Assembly (NCBI GenBank): GCA_964463965.1
Contig: CAYXED010000007.1
Coordinates: forward strand, 4,661-68,660
Origin: an uncultured Nitrospiraceae bacterium
Lineage (GTDB): Bacteria; Nitrospirota; Nitrospiria; Nitrospirales; UBA2166
Length of the DNA: 64,000 nt
Reading direction: 5' to 3'
Shown: piece after piece, positions 20,214 through 29,200 of the stretch
Position numbering within the stretch: the first letter of the stretch is position 1
How the letters are laid out: each line of letters starts with the position of its first letter
Made by a program: the position numbers and the translations under genes
The notes under the pieces: generated by a model
Database searches by the model: none
Seen by the model: the letters and a program-made list of their open reading frames with translations, nothing else
Told to the model about the DNA's origin: nothing

Positions 20214-20351
20214 CTTATAGGATTTTAAAATCACTACTTATATACTTCAAATTGCTGTTAGTGTATTTTTATATAATTTCTGTCATAGTTTATGAGGTGC
20301 TATGAGGGGAAGATGTGTTTTGTGTGGAAGGGAATTTAAGGAAAAACACCT

Positions 20352-21200
20352 ATGACTAAAACCCTTGGGATATTAGGGTACCCCATAACGCACACCCTCT
20401 CTCCAATTATGCATAATGCCGCATTTTGTGAGCTTGGTATTGATGCGCAGTATGTGCCCTTTGAGGTGAGACCTGAAAATATTGAAAGTGCTCTTACTGG
20501 ACTTATTGCACTAGGAGTGTCTGGTGTAAATGTTACCATCCCACACAAAGAATCTGTGCTTCCTTTCCTTGATGAGATTGATATAGATGCAAGGCGTATT
20601 GGCGCGGTTAATACCATTTTACTTAAGGAGGGACATTTGGTTGGGTATAATACTGACGCGCAAGGTTTTGGGAACGCTTTTGCCCAAGAAATTGCCAGGC
20701 CCCTTGCTGGGCAGCAGGTAATGCTTTGTGGAGCTGGTGGCGCTGCTCGTGCTGTCTTTATTCAACTTCTTAAGGAAAACGTTAAAGATATAATAATTCT
20801 TTCTCGTACCTTAGCGCGTGCTACAAAGATGCTTGATGACTTACTTGTCGAACATCGTGATGTGAAGACGACACTTTGCTCATTTAAAGATTTTTCAGAA
20901 AATAACTTCTCTCCTGATGTGCTGATTAATGCTACTTCAGTTGGACTTCAACCTAATGATCCGCACTTAGTTCCTATAGATTTTTTTTCTTCGAATATGG
21001 TTGTGTGTGATTTAATCTATAATCCACCTCGTACCCCACTACTCAGCATGGCTGAAGAAGCAGGATCACTTGTGATGAATGGTTTAGGTATGTTGGCTCA
21101 TCAAGGGGCACTCGCATTTAATTTGTGGACTGGAGTACAGGCTCCTATTGATGTTATGCAACGGGCACTTCTTAATGCTTTTGAATCTACTAGGCCTTAA
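20352..21200 (+). CDS. aroE: Shikimate dehydrogenase
   Basis: 282 aa with LGYPITHTLSP and GVNVTIPHKE motifs, plus the GAGGAARA NADP loop. Confidence 0.9.
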   Translation: MTKTLGILGYPITHTLSPIMHNAAFCELGIDAQYVPFEVRPENIESALTGLIALGVSGVNVTIPHKESVLPFLDEIDIDARRIGAVNTILLKEGHLVGYNTDAQGFGNAFAQEIARPLAGQQVMLCGAGGAARAVFIQLLKENVKDIIILSRTLARATKMLDDLLVEHRDVKTTLCSFKDFSENNFSPDVLINATSVGLQPNDPHLVPIDFFSSNMVVCDLIYNPPRTPLLSMAEEAGSLVMNGLGMLAHQGALAFNLWTGVQAPIDVMQRALLNAFESTRP

Positions 21201-21254
21201 TGTATTTAACCGCCTAACCGATACACTTTTACAAGAATATGAATGTAAAGTTAG

Positions 21255-22193
21255 GTGAGCCTAATTCCTCTGATGGAAGACTTTCAAATAGCAGCTCCTG
21301 CAAAGATTAATCTTATTCTTTCTGTTGGGGAACATCGCCCTGATGGCTATCATGACATTTGGTCTGTCATGCAAATGCTTGATTTGCATGATTCTATTAC
21401 CTTTTCATGGGATCAAAATGTAAATTCTTTGATGCTTTCACCTGCAGATTTAAAGACGGCGCCAATTTTTTTCGAGTCTTTTGGAATTCCTATACCAACT
21501 GATGAGGATAATCTTGTGTTGCGTGCTGTGCGTGCGGTTATGCTCGAAGTAGGTCTTTATAGAAAGTTACATATTCAAATTACAAAACGTATTCCAGTGG
21601 CGGCAGGTCTTGGTGGTGGAAGTAGTGATGCTGCAGCAACTATCCAGGCCTTAAATGGCATTTTTGGTCTTGGGTGGGAACTTGATGATTGTGCAAGAGT
21701 AGGTGCATCACTTGGTAGCGATGTCCCCTTTTTTTTCTATGGTCCTACCTCAATTGTTTCTGGGGGAGGCGAAAAAGTTTTTCCCGTTAAAATCACAACA
21801 GCATCTTGGGTGGTTTTAGTTAAGCCTTCTATTGACATTGCGACTGCGTGGGCGTACCGAGAGCTTGACTCATGGAGGTCCTCCAGGGATCAAAAGGGGC
21901 TGTTTGTAAATGATTTAATCTGTCAAGAATTTTTGGCCCTGCCTCGATCTTCAGAAGAATTGTATCCTTATTTTTTGAATTCTTTTCAAGACCTTATGGA
22001 AGCAAAGTTTCCCCTCCTAGAAGCACTTCGAAAAGCCCATCTGAGCTTTGGGGCTGATACTGCTATGCTTTCTGGTAGTGGTTCTAGCGTTTTTGGAGTC
22101 TATCCAACTAAATCACTGGCATTAAAGGCCCGACAGAAGTTTTTTGATGAAAATGACTGTCAAGCTTTTGTCACTCAGATGAAGATTTCTTAA
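21255..22193 (+). CDS. ispE: 4-diphosphocytidyl-2-C-methyl-D-erythritol kinase
   Basis: 312-aa GHMP kinase with APAKINL at the N-terminus and the PVAAGLGGGSSDAAA motif. Confidence 0.85.
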   Translation: MSLIPLMEDFQIAAPAKINLILSVGEHRPDGYHDIWSVMQMLDLHDSITFSWDQNVNSLMLSPADLKTAPIFFESFGIPIPTDEDNLVLRAVRAVMLEVGLYRKLHIQITKRIPVAAGLGGGSSDAAATIQALNGIFGLGWELDDCARVGASLGSDVPFFFYGPTSIVSGGGEKVFPVKITTASWVVLVKPSIDIATAWAYRELDSWRSSRDQKGLFVNDLICQEFLALPRSSEELYPYFLNSFQDLMEAKFPLLEALRKAHLSFGADTAMLSGSGSSVFGVYPTKSLALKARQKFFDENDCQAFVTQMKIS

Positions 22194-22288
22194 AGTATCG
22201 TTAAACAAAAGCTTGTATTGACAAGGGTTTTAATATCAGATACGTTGAGTGGATTTTGAGTTGCATTCCTGTAGGTGGGGATGGGTAA

Positions 22289-23230
22289 TTGAATGATAAT
22301 CTAAAAGTTTTTTCCGGTAATTCTAACCCTGAATTGGCTAGAGAGGTCTGTCAATATTTAGACATTCCATTAGGGCAAGCAGAAGTTTCTAGGTTTAGTG
22401 ATGGTGAGATACAGGTTCGGATTGACGAAAATATTAGAGGTGCTGATGTTTTTTTGATACAGTCTTGCTCAGTTCCGGTTAACCGGCATATCATGGAATT
22501 ATTGATCATGATGGATGCTGCTAAGAGGTCTTCTCCTCGCCGTATTACCGCTGTGATTCCGTATTATGGTTATGCCAGGCAAGATAGAAAGATGCAGTCT
22601 CGAGTTCCTATATCCGCAAAGTTACTTGCTGATCTTATTACAACTGCTGGGGCTGATCGTGTTTTAACAATGGATCTTCATGTAGGCCAGATACAAGGTT
22701 TTTTTAATATTCCAGTTGATCATCTTTATGGGACGCCAGTGATTTTGGACTATGTTGATGCTGCGGGGTATGACGATTTGGTAGTTGTGTCTCCTGATGC
22801 GGGAGGGGTAGAGCGGGCCCGCGCATTTGCCAAACGTAGACAGTTTAATCTTGCAATCATTGATAAGAGGAGAGAAGGGCCAAACCGGGCTGAGGTGATG
22901 AATATTATTGGAAATGTTAAGGGGCACGATGTGCTGTTACTTGATGATATGATAGATACTGCAGGTACTATTGTTCAAGGAGCCGAGGCCTGTGCTCAGC
23001 AGGGTGCCAAGCGAGTGAAGGCAGCATGTACTCATGCCACTCTTTCGGGAGCAGCTCTTGATCGTCTTAATGCAAGTAACTTGGAAGAGGTTATTGTTAC
23101 AAATACAATTCCTCTCCATGAGAAGGCTCAACAATGTTCCAAGCTAAAAGTCCTTTCTGTGGCGGCGTTGTTGGGTGAAGCTGTGGCACGTATTCATGCG
23201 GAGGAATCAGTTAGCTCTCTCTTTGGGTAG
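22289..23230 (+). CDS. prs: Ribose-phosphate pyrophosphokinase
   Basis: 313 aa with a TTG start. It has LKVFSGNSNPELA, DLHVGQIQGFF and the PRPP loop VLLLDDMIDTAGT. Confidence 0.95.
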   Translation: MNDNLKVFSGNSNPELAREVCQYLDIPLGQAEVSRFSDGEIQVRIDENIRGADVFLIQSCSVPVNRHIMELLIMMDAAKRSSPRRITAVIPYYGYARQDRKMQSRVPISAKLLADLITTAGADRVLTMDLHVGQIQGFFNIPVDHLYGTPVILDYVDAAGYDDLVVVSPDAGGVERARAFAKRRQFNLAIIDKRREGPNRAEVMNIIGNVKGHDVLLLDDMIDTAGTIVQGAEACAQQGAKRVKAACTHATLSGAALDRLNASNLEEVIVTNTIPLHEKAQQCSKLKVLSVAALLGEAVARIHAEESVSSLFG

Positions 23231-23285
23231 AGTGTAAGTGCAAGCTTTATATTATTATTAGAACGATATATAGGATATTAGACTG

Positions 23286-23930
23286 ATGAAATGTAATATA
23301 ACATTAACTAGACGCACTGAATTTGGTAAAGGGCCTGCCAGGCAACTACGAAGAGAAGGGAAGGTCCCAGGAGTTCTCTATGGACAGGGGGAGGCTGTTT
23401 CAATTTCTTTAGATCCAATTGAGTTTTCCAAAGTAATGCAGGCGAAGCAGCAAGGCTATGTTCTGATCGCTCTATCTGACAAGCCTGCAAAGGGGAAGAC
23501 TGAGCGTAATGCGATACTGAAAGAGGTGCAATATGATCCCCTAACAGGGGATGTTCTCCATGTTGATTTTTTTGAAGTTGTTATGGATAAGCCAATTAAA
23601 GTTAGTATTCCAATTGTTGTGACAGGAAATATTCCTGTTGGTGTAACTTTAGGGGGAGTCTTGCGTCAGAGAGAACGGTATCTGTCTTTGGAGGGCCTTC
23701 CTGGAGATATTCCGGATACTGTGTCTTTTGACGCCTCAAATTTAGAGATTGGGCAACTTGTTAAGTTAAAGGATCTTCCACTTGAGAAAACCCTTACGCC
23801 TCAGGATGATCCTGAAAAAGTGATTATCACGCTCACTATGAAAAAGAAACTTGTTGAGGCAGAGAAAGAAGAAGGTGAAGCTGAGGAAACTACGGAGGAA
23901 ACTCCTTCTCCGGATGCACCTGCAACTTAG
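23286..23930 (+). CDS. rplY: 50S ribosomal protein L25 / general stress protein Ctc
   Basis: 214 aa of the long Ctc type, with RREGKVPGVLYG and an acidic C-terminal extension. pth follows. Confidence 0.9.
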   Translation: MKCNITLTRRTEFGKGPARQLRREGKVPGVLYGQGEAVSISLDPIEFSKVMQAKQQGYVLIALSDKPAKGKTERNAILKEVQYDPLTGDVLHVDFFEVVMDKPIKVSIPIVVTGNIPVGVTLGGVLRQRERYLSLEGLPGDIPDTVSFDASNLEIGQLVKLKDLPLEKTLTPQDDPEKVIITLTMKKKLVEAEKEEGEAEETTEETPSPDAPAT

Positions 23931-23953
23931 GAGTTTAGTGAGGATACTTTCTT

Positions 23954-24526
23954 ATCACTACACATCTGATCTTAGGACTGGGGAACCCTGGCGAACCTTA
24001 TGTATTTACCCGGCACAATTTTGGGTTTATGGTTATTGATTTGCTTGCGAGTAAACTAAATGTGTCCTTTGATCGTGGTGTAGGTTGTTTAATGGGACTT
24101 ACTAAGCACAAAGACGATCGCGTTATTCTTGTAAAGCCCCAAACCTTTATGAATGATAGCGGTCGTGTCTTGAAAAGACTATATGAGAATTTTAATGTTT
24201 CTACTGATAACTTGCTTGTTGTTCATGATGATTTAGATCTTTCCTCTGGTCGAGTAAAGATTCAGTATGGTGGAGGGGATGGTGGTCATCGTGGAGTTCG
24301 TTCTATCATCAATTGCCTTGCAGATAATCAGTTTACACGGGTGAGAATTGGAGTTGGTCGTCAACCAGATGGGATGACTAGTGCAGATTATGTTCTAGAG
24401 CCTATTTTAAAAGAAGCTCAAAATGATTTCACCCAAGTAGCGGAACATGCGGTGGATGCGGTACGATGTCTTGTGTCTGATGGGCGGGCTCAGGCGATGT
24501 GCCATTTTAACGCGTATAAAGAGTGA
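23954..24526 (+). CDS. pth: Peptidyl-tRNA hydrolase (start codon non-canonical or unresolved)
   Basis: The frame is open from 23942. The conserved N-terminus LILGLGNPGEPYVFTRHNFGF (with the catalytic His) lies upstream of the first ATG/GTG/TTG at 24029. ATC 23954 sits 9 nt after a GAGGA, and CTG 23966 is an alternative. Confidence 0.7.
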   Translation: MTTHLILGLGNPGEPYVFTRHNFGFMVIDLLASKLNVSFDRGVGCLMGLTKHKDDRVILVKPQTFMNDSGRVLKRLYENFNVSTDNLLVVHDDLDLSSGRVKIQYGGGDGGHRGVRSIINCLADNQFTRVRIGVGRQPDGMTSADYVLEPILKEAQNDFTQVAEHAVDAVRCLVSDGRAQAMCHFNAYKE

Positions 24527-24578
24527 ATCCCATATTGTAAGATAAAAGGATTCTTTTCCAAGGGAGTGTGTGTATAAA

Positions 24579-24938
24579 ATGAGTCATGATGAAATGAGAA
24601 CATACGAGTCTGTAGTTATTCTCCGGACTTCGGTCGCTGAAGCTAACCTTGAAAAGTTTATCAGTGATTATACTGCTCGAATTGAGCAGGGAGGCAGTGT
24701 TTTGATCAAGGTGGATAATTGGGGAAAGCGGAAGCTTGCGTATGAGATAAACGGTGAACGAAAAGCTACTTATCTCTGTTTTTCGTTTCGGGGTTTAGGG
24801 GCTGTTGTTCAACCTCTTGAGGCGGCAAACCGGATTGATGATTCGATTTTAAAATCCATGACAATTCGAATTGACGAGGTTGTGGAGCAAGCTGCCGAAG
24901 ATAATACATCGGAGGAACCGGAGAGTGCCGTCGTTTAA
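24579..24938 (+). CDS. rpsF: 30S ribosomal protein S6
   Basis: ...MRTYESVVILR... with an acidic C-tail, in the rpsF-ssb-rpsR context. The start is ambiguous (GTG 24570, ATG 24579, ATG 24594). Confidence 0.9.
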   Translation: MSHDEMRTYESVVILRTSVAEANLEKFISDYTARIEQGGSVLIKVDNWGKRKLAYEINGERKATYLCFSFRGLGAVVQPLEAANRIDDSILKSMTIRIDEVVEQAAEDNTSEEPESAVV

Positions 24939-25329
24939 TAAGGTAATTCTCATGGGCAATCTTACCAGAGACCCTGAGTTGAGGTATACCCCAAAAGGAG
25001 TCTCAGTTTCGGAGTTTGGCCTTGCCGTTAGCAGGCGATTTCGCCAAGGGGATGAGTCGCGGGATGAAGTTTGCTTTGTTGATATTGTGGTTTTTGGAAA
25101 GCAAGCAGAGCATTGCAGCCAGTATCTGACAAAGGGTAATGGTGTCATTATCGACGGTCGCCTAAACCAACGGCGCTGGGAGACCGCTGAAGGACAAAAG
25201 AGAAATAAGCATGAGATAGTTGCTATGAATGTTACTTTTATGCCAAAAAGACAGGAATCTGTTGTTGGCCGAGATGTCGAGGATGAGTATGGGTACTCGG
25301 CTACAGAGTCTCCTGATAGCGAAGCATAA
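24925..25329 (+). CDS. ssb: Single-stranded DNA-binding protein (OB fold), non-canonical C-terminus
   Basis: GTG 24925 lies 9 nt after GGAGG and overlaps the rpsF stop. The N-terminus (M)PSFNKVILMGNLTRDPELRYTPKG is typical of SSB. The tail ends ...ATESPDSEA rather than D-D-D-(I/L)-P-F. Confidence 0.8.
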   Translation: MPSFNKVILMGNLTRDPELRYTPKGVSVSEFGLAVSRRFRQGDESRDEVCFVDIVVFGKQAEHCSQYLTKGNGVIIDGRLNQRRWETAEGQKRNKHEIVAMNVTFMPKRQESVVGRDVEDEYGYSATESPDSEA

Positions 25330-25367
25330 AAGCTTAAAATAACTAACCTATTGAAGGAGAAGTTCTA

Positions 25368-25595
25368 TTGGAGCGAGCAAGGTTTAGTAGAAGTAGAATC
25401 TGTAGGTTCTGCCATGAAAAAATGTTAATAGATTATAAGGATATCTCCATGTTAAAGGTTTTTCTCACTGAACGTGGAAGAATTATCCCTAGGAGAGTTT
25501 CTGGGAATTGTATGCGTCATCAAAGAGCATTGACTCTCGAAATAAAGCGTGCGAGGAATATTGCGCTTCTCTCGTTTGCGGAAGAGCAGCGTTGA
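25368..25595 (+). CDS. rpsR: 30S ribosomal protein S18
   Basis: 75 aa with a TTG start 8 nt after GAAGGAG. It has the IDYKD...L..F.TERG.I.PRR..G motif. Confidence 0.9.
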   Translation: MERARFSRSRICRFCHEKMLIDYKDISMLKVFLTERGRIIPRRVSGNCMRHQRALTLEIKRARNIALLSFAEEQR

Positions 25596-25613
25596 TGGGT
25601 TTTTTTTCCTGCC

Positions 25614-26150
25614 GTGAACTATCTTATTCGCGATATACCTGAAGGACCTGCAAGTGCTTTTAATGAATCTTTCTCGGAGTCACCAGAGTCATTAGGTTTT
25701 TTTGAGAATGAACTTCATGTTACCAGTAATGTTGATGGAAAATTTTCACTTTGGAGAGAAAGAGAGATTCTCATGTTCAGTGGAGATTTTTCTACAACAG
25801 TCAACCTTCAATGTTGCAGATGCCTTGTGCTAGTTGAACAACCCCTGCATAACGCAATGGAGCTTAGGTGTTTCCCCACGAGTGATCCTTTGGTTGATTT
25901 GTCGCCGACCGGTGAGGTCTTTCCTGATGATACTGTTTACAGCTACTTGGGGGATTCAGTCAACCTTAAACCAATTATTCGTGAGCAGGTAGTACTTTCA
26001 GTGCCTCCATATATTTATTGTCGTCCTCACTGTAAGGGTTTATGTGTAAAGTGCGGACAGGATTTGAATATTGACTTGTGTGCGTGTTTTACTATTCAAA
26101 CTGATCCTCGATTTGAAAAACTTGGATCCCTGAAGCGGAGATTGGGATAA
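25614..26150 (+). CDS. yceD: YceD/DUF177 family protein
   Basis: 178 aa immediately upstream of rpmF. The C-terminal Cys cluster is CRPHCKGLCVKCGQDLN. Confidence 0.8.
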   Translation: MNYLIRDIPEGPASAFNESFSESPESLGFFENELHVTSNVDGKFSLWREREILMFSGDFSTTVNLQCCRCLVLVEQPLHNAMELRCFPTSDPLVDLSPTGEVFPDDTVYSYLGDSVNLKPIIREQVVLSVPPYIYCRPHCKGLCVKCGQDLNIDLCACFTIQTDPRFEKLGSLKRRLG

Positions 26151-26155
26151 ATCAA

Positions 26156-26338
26156 ATGGCTAATCCAAAACATCGACACACTAAAATGAGGAGGGATAAG
26201 CGTCGTACCCATGATAGGCTTCGTCTCCCCTCCTTTTCAAATTGCCCACAATGTCATGAACCGAAGATGCCTCACTACGCATGTCTAGCTTGTGGCACTT
26301 ATAAGGGGAATGAGGTTATTGCGACCAAAGAGTCGTAA
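26156..26338 (+). CDS. rpmF: 50S ribosomal protein L32
   Basis: 60 aa, MANPKHRHTKMRRDKRR..., with a CPQC...CLACG zinc ribbon. Confidence 0.95.
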   Translation: MANPKHRHTKMRRDKRRTHDRLRLPSFSNCPQCHEPKMPHYACLACGTYKGNEVIATKES

Positions 26339-26368
26339 CTCCTTTTCCTTTTCCTTACGTCTAGTAAC

Positions 26369-27370
26369 ATGAAAATTGCAGTTGATGCTATGGGGGGGGA
26401 CCGGGCACCGCTCCAGGTAGTTGAGGGGGCATGCCTCGCCTCCAAAGAGCTTGCCGTTCATCTCATTCTTGTTGGAAATGAAGACCTACTTTATCAGCAC
26501 TTAGAAACTGTTGCTGGGAAAATACCTGCTAATATAACAGTTAAGCATTCTACTCAACGAGTAGAAATGCATGATCCTCCCTCATCTGTAGCACGCAAAA
26601 AACGTGATTCTTCGATATGGGTTGCGACGGAGCTTGTGCGTACTGGTGAGGCTGAAGCCCTGATTAGTGCTGGAAATACAGGAGCAACGATGGTTTCTGC
26701 CTTCTTCCTTTTGGGAGCATTGAAAGGTATTGAGAGGCCAGCCATAGCTGCAACTCTTCCGACCTTAAAAGGGCAAGCAATTTTGCTTGATGTTGGTGCA
26801 ACCGTTGACTGTTTGCCGGCGCAACTCTATCAATTCGCCGTCATGGGGCATGAGTATGCAAAGCAGGTTCTTGGAAAATTAGAGCCTAAGGTGGGTCTTT
26901 TGAGTATTGGAGAAGAAGATGGAAAAGGCAATGAGCTGACTCGTGAAGCCTTTACTTTGATGAAAAATAGTTCGTTGAATTTTATTGGAAATGTTGAAGG
27001 GCGTGATGTATATACTGGGTTAGTTGATGTAATTGTTTGTGATGGTTTTATTGGGAATGTCGCATTGAAAATTAGTGAAGGTGTTGCGGAGACCATGACG
27101 AAAATGTTAGTCAGGAATATTAGCGCCTCTCATTTAGGGAAACTTGGTTACTTTTTACTCCGACCAGCATTTCATGCTTTTAAAAAACAAATTGATTATG
27201 CAGAGTTTGGGGGTGCCCCGTTGCTTGGAGTAAATGGAACAGCGGTGATTTGCCACGGAAGGTCATCCCCAAAGGCGATTTGCAGCGCGGTACGTCTTGC
27301 ATCTGTTTTAGTTGACCAAAAATTTAATACTCAAATACAAAATACAATATCTTGCAGTGAGAAATTTTAA
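26369..27370 (+). CDS. plsX: Phosphate acyltransferase PlsX
   Basis: 333 aa with MKIAVDAMGGD at the N-terminus, in the rpmF-plsX-fabH context. Confidence 0.95.
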   Translation: MKIAVDAMGGDRAPLQVVEGACLASKELAVHLILVGNEDLLYQHLETVAGKIPANITVKHSTQRVEMHDPPSSVARKKRDSSIWVATELVRTGEAEALISAGNTGATMVSAFFLLGALKGIERPAIAATLPTLKGQAILLDVGATVDCLPAQLYQFAVMGHEYAKQVLGKLEPKVGLLSIGEEDGKGNELTREAFTLMKNSSLNFIGNVEGRDVYTGLVDVIVCDGFIGNVALKISEGVAETMTKMLVRNISASHLGKLGYFLLRPAFHAFKKQIDYAEFGGAPLLGVNGTAVICHGRSSPKAICSAVRLASVLVDQKFNTQIQNTISCSEKF

Positions 27371-27397
27371 ACTTAATGTGTCTGTGTGGGCCTTTTA

Positions 27398-28375
27398 ATG
27401 CGGGCTAAAATTATAGGTACTGGTTCATATGTCCCTTCTAAGTCGATCGCTAATGCCGATCTCGAACGGCTTATTGATACTTCAGACGAATGGATTCAGG
27501 AACGTACAGGTATAAAAACCCGACACGTGGCTTCTTCAGGTCAGGGAAGCTCCTCTCTGGGTATAAAAGCTGCTAGAAGTGCTTTGGAGTCCTCTGGCCT
27601 TATTGCAGAAGACTTAGATCTTATTATAGTTGCTACATGTACGCCGGATATGCCTTTTCCCTCAACTGCGTGCTTAATTCAGGCGGCACTTGGGGCCTCA
27701 AAAGCCGCTGCCTTTGATGTCTCTGCAGCTTGTTCGGGATTTTTATTTATTCTTTCAATTGCAGATCACTATATTAGAAGCAAAACTTATCATAATGTTT
27801 TAGTGGTTGGGACAGAAGTAATGTCTTCGGTTACTGATTGGAGTGACCGTACAACCTGTATTCTTTTTGGAGATGCTGCTGGCGCTGCTGTTTTACAAGC
27901 CACTACGGATGAAAAAGGTATTCTTTCGAACCATCTTCATTCTGATGGGAAACAGTGGGATTTAATCTGCGTGCCTGGAGGGGGGTCGAAACAACCACTA
28001 TCAGAGTCTGTTCTAAATGAGCGACTTAATTTTGTTAAAATGAGGGGAAGTGCTACTTTTAAACTCGCTGTTAGATTAATGGAGCAATCTGTTCATGAAG
28101 TTTTGACAACAAACAATTTGAAGGTAGATGATATTGATTTATTTATTCCACACCAGGCAAATTCAAGAATAATAGCAGCGACTGCTGAGCGATTACAGCT
28201 ACCTCTGGACAAAGTAGTTATGAATATTTCTAAGTATGGAAACACATCGGCGGCCTCTATACCGCTAGCACTTGACGAAATGGTAAAGGGGAAAAAAATT
28301 ATAGACGGCTCAAATGTTCTTTTGGCTGCCTTTGGGAGTGGCTTGACATGGGCATCAACCTTCATTCGATGGTGA
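27398..28375 (+). CDS. fabH: 3-oxoacyl-ACP synthase III
   Basis: Start at ATG 27398 (MRAKIIGTGSYVP). The triad context is SAACSGF / IPHQANSRI / GNTSAASIP. Confidence 0.93.
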   Translation: MRAKIIGTGSYVPSKSIANADLERLIDTSDEWIQERTGIKTRHVASSGQGSSSLGIKAARSALESSGLIAEDLDLIIVATCTPDMPFPSTACLIQAALGASKAAAFDVSAACSGFLFILSIADHYIRSKTYHNVLVVGTEVMSSVTDWSDRTTCILFGDAAGAAVLQATTDEKGILSNHLHSDGKQWDLICVPGGGSKQPLSESVLNERLNFVKMRGSATFKLAVRLMEQSVHEVLTTNNLKVDDIDLFIPHQANSRIIAATAERLQLPLDKVVMNISKYGNTSAASIPLALDEMVKGKKIIDGSNVLLAAFGSGLTWASTFIRW

Positions 28376-28387
28376 TAGGTAAAAGCT

Positions 28388-29200
28388 ATGAAAAAACACG
28401 ACGATCTTAAAGGGAAATGGGCATTGATTTTAGGTGCTTCAAGTGGTTTTGGGGCAGCTTGCGCACTTGAACTTGCTTCTGAAGGGGTGAATATTATTGG
28501 AGTACATTTGGATCGTAAAGCAACACTAGCTCAAGTAGACTCTCTTGTAACTAAAATTCAAGAAAAAGGTTGTGAGGCCATTTTTTTTAACGTTAATGCT
28601 GCAGATGAGGAAAAAAGAGGAGAGATTATCAGTGCCATCACTGAAAAAATTTCTTCAAATGATGGAGAGCCACAGCTTCGAGTTTTACTCCATTCCCTTG
28701 CTTTTGGAACATTGAAGGATTTTATTCCTTCAACGGAAAAGACAGCAGTAACAAAAGCACAGGTTGATATGACCGTTGATGTTATGGCAAATAGTTTAGT
28801 TTATTGGGTGCAGGATCTTGTAAGGAAAGACCTTCTAGGTAAAGGAGGCCGTATTTTTGCCTTAACTAGTGCCGGAGGGGCAAAAGTATGGCCAAGTTAT
28901 GGCGCTGTTTCTGCCGCGAAAGCCGCATTAGAGTCTCATATTAGGCAGCTTGCTTTAGAACTTGCTCCTCTCGAGATTACAGCTAACGCTATTATGGCAG
29001 GGGTCACTGATACGCCTGCTTTGAGGAAGATTCCCGGCTCCTCTGAAATGCTTGAAAAAGCATTACAAAAAAACCCTTCTCGGAGGCTAACCTTACCTGA
29101 AGATGTAGCAAAAGTAATTAATGTTTTAAGTCAACGAAAGACAGATTGGATGACTGGCAATGTCATAGCAGTTGATGGAGGGGAGTTTATTGTTGGATAG
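28388..29200 (+). CDS. SDR-family enoyl-ACP reductase, FabL-like
   Basis: 270 aa with GASSGFG dinucleotide loop. The catalytic spacing is Y-x6-K (YGAVSAAK), as in FabI/FabL, not the Y-x3-K of classical SDRs. By eye it aligns with B. subtilis FabL over the C-terminal half. It is inserted between fabH and fabD. Confidence 0.65.
   Translation: MKKHDDLKGKWALILGASSGFGAACALELASEGVNIIGVHLDRKATLAQVDSLVTKIQEKGCEAIFFNVNAADEEKRGEIISAITEKISSNDGEPQLRVLLHSLAFGTLKDFIPSTEKTAVTKAQVDMTVDVMANSLVYWVQDLVRKDLLGKGGRIFALTSAGGAKVWPSYGAVSAAKAALESHIRQLALELAPLEITANAIMAGVTDTPALRKIPGSSEMLEKALQKNPSRRLTLPEDVAKVINVLSQRKTDWMTGNVIAVDGGEFIVG

Noticed and set aside
20292-20339. A 15-codon upstream ORF (MRCYEGKMCFVWKGI) ends inside the aroE Shine-Dalgarno region and contains Tyr, Phe and Trp codons. 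It was considered as a possible aromatic-amino-acid attenuation leader peptide.
   Set aside because: It has no SD of its own, only single (not tandem) regulatory codons, and no terminator/antiterminator hairpins between it and aroE. It is most likely a chance ORF.
26391-26399. G8 homopolymer inside plsX (codons for the conserved DAMGGD motif) was considered as a possible phase-variation tract.
   Set aside because: It encodes an invariant catalytic-region motif of an essential housekeeping gene and the frame is intact. It is most likely incidental codon usage.
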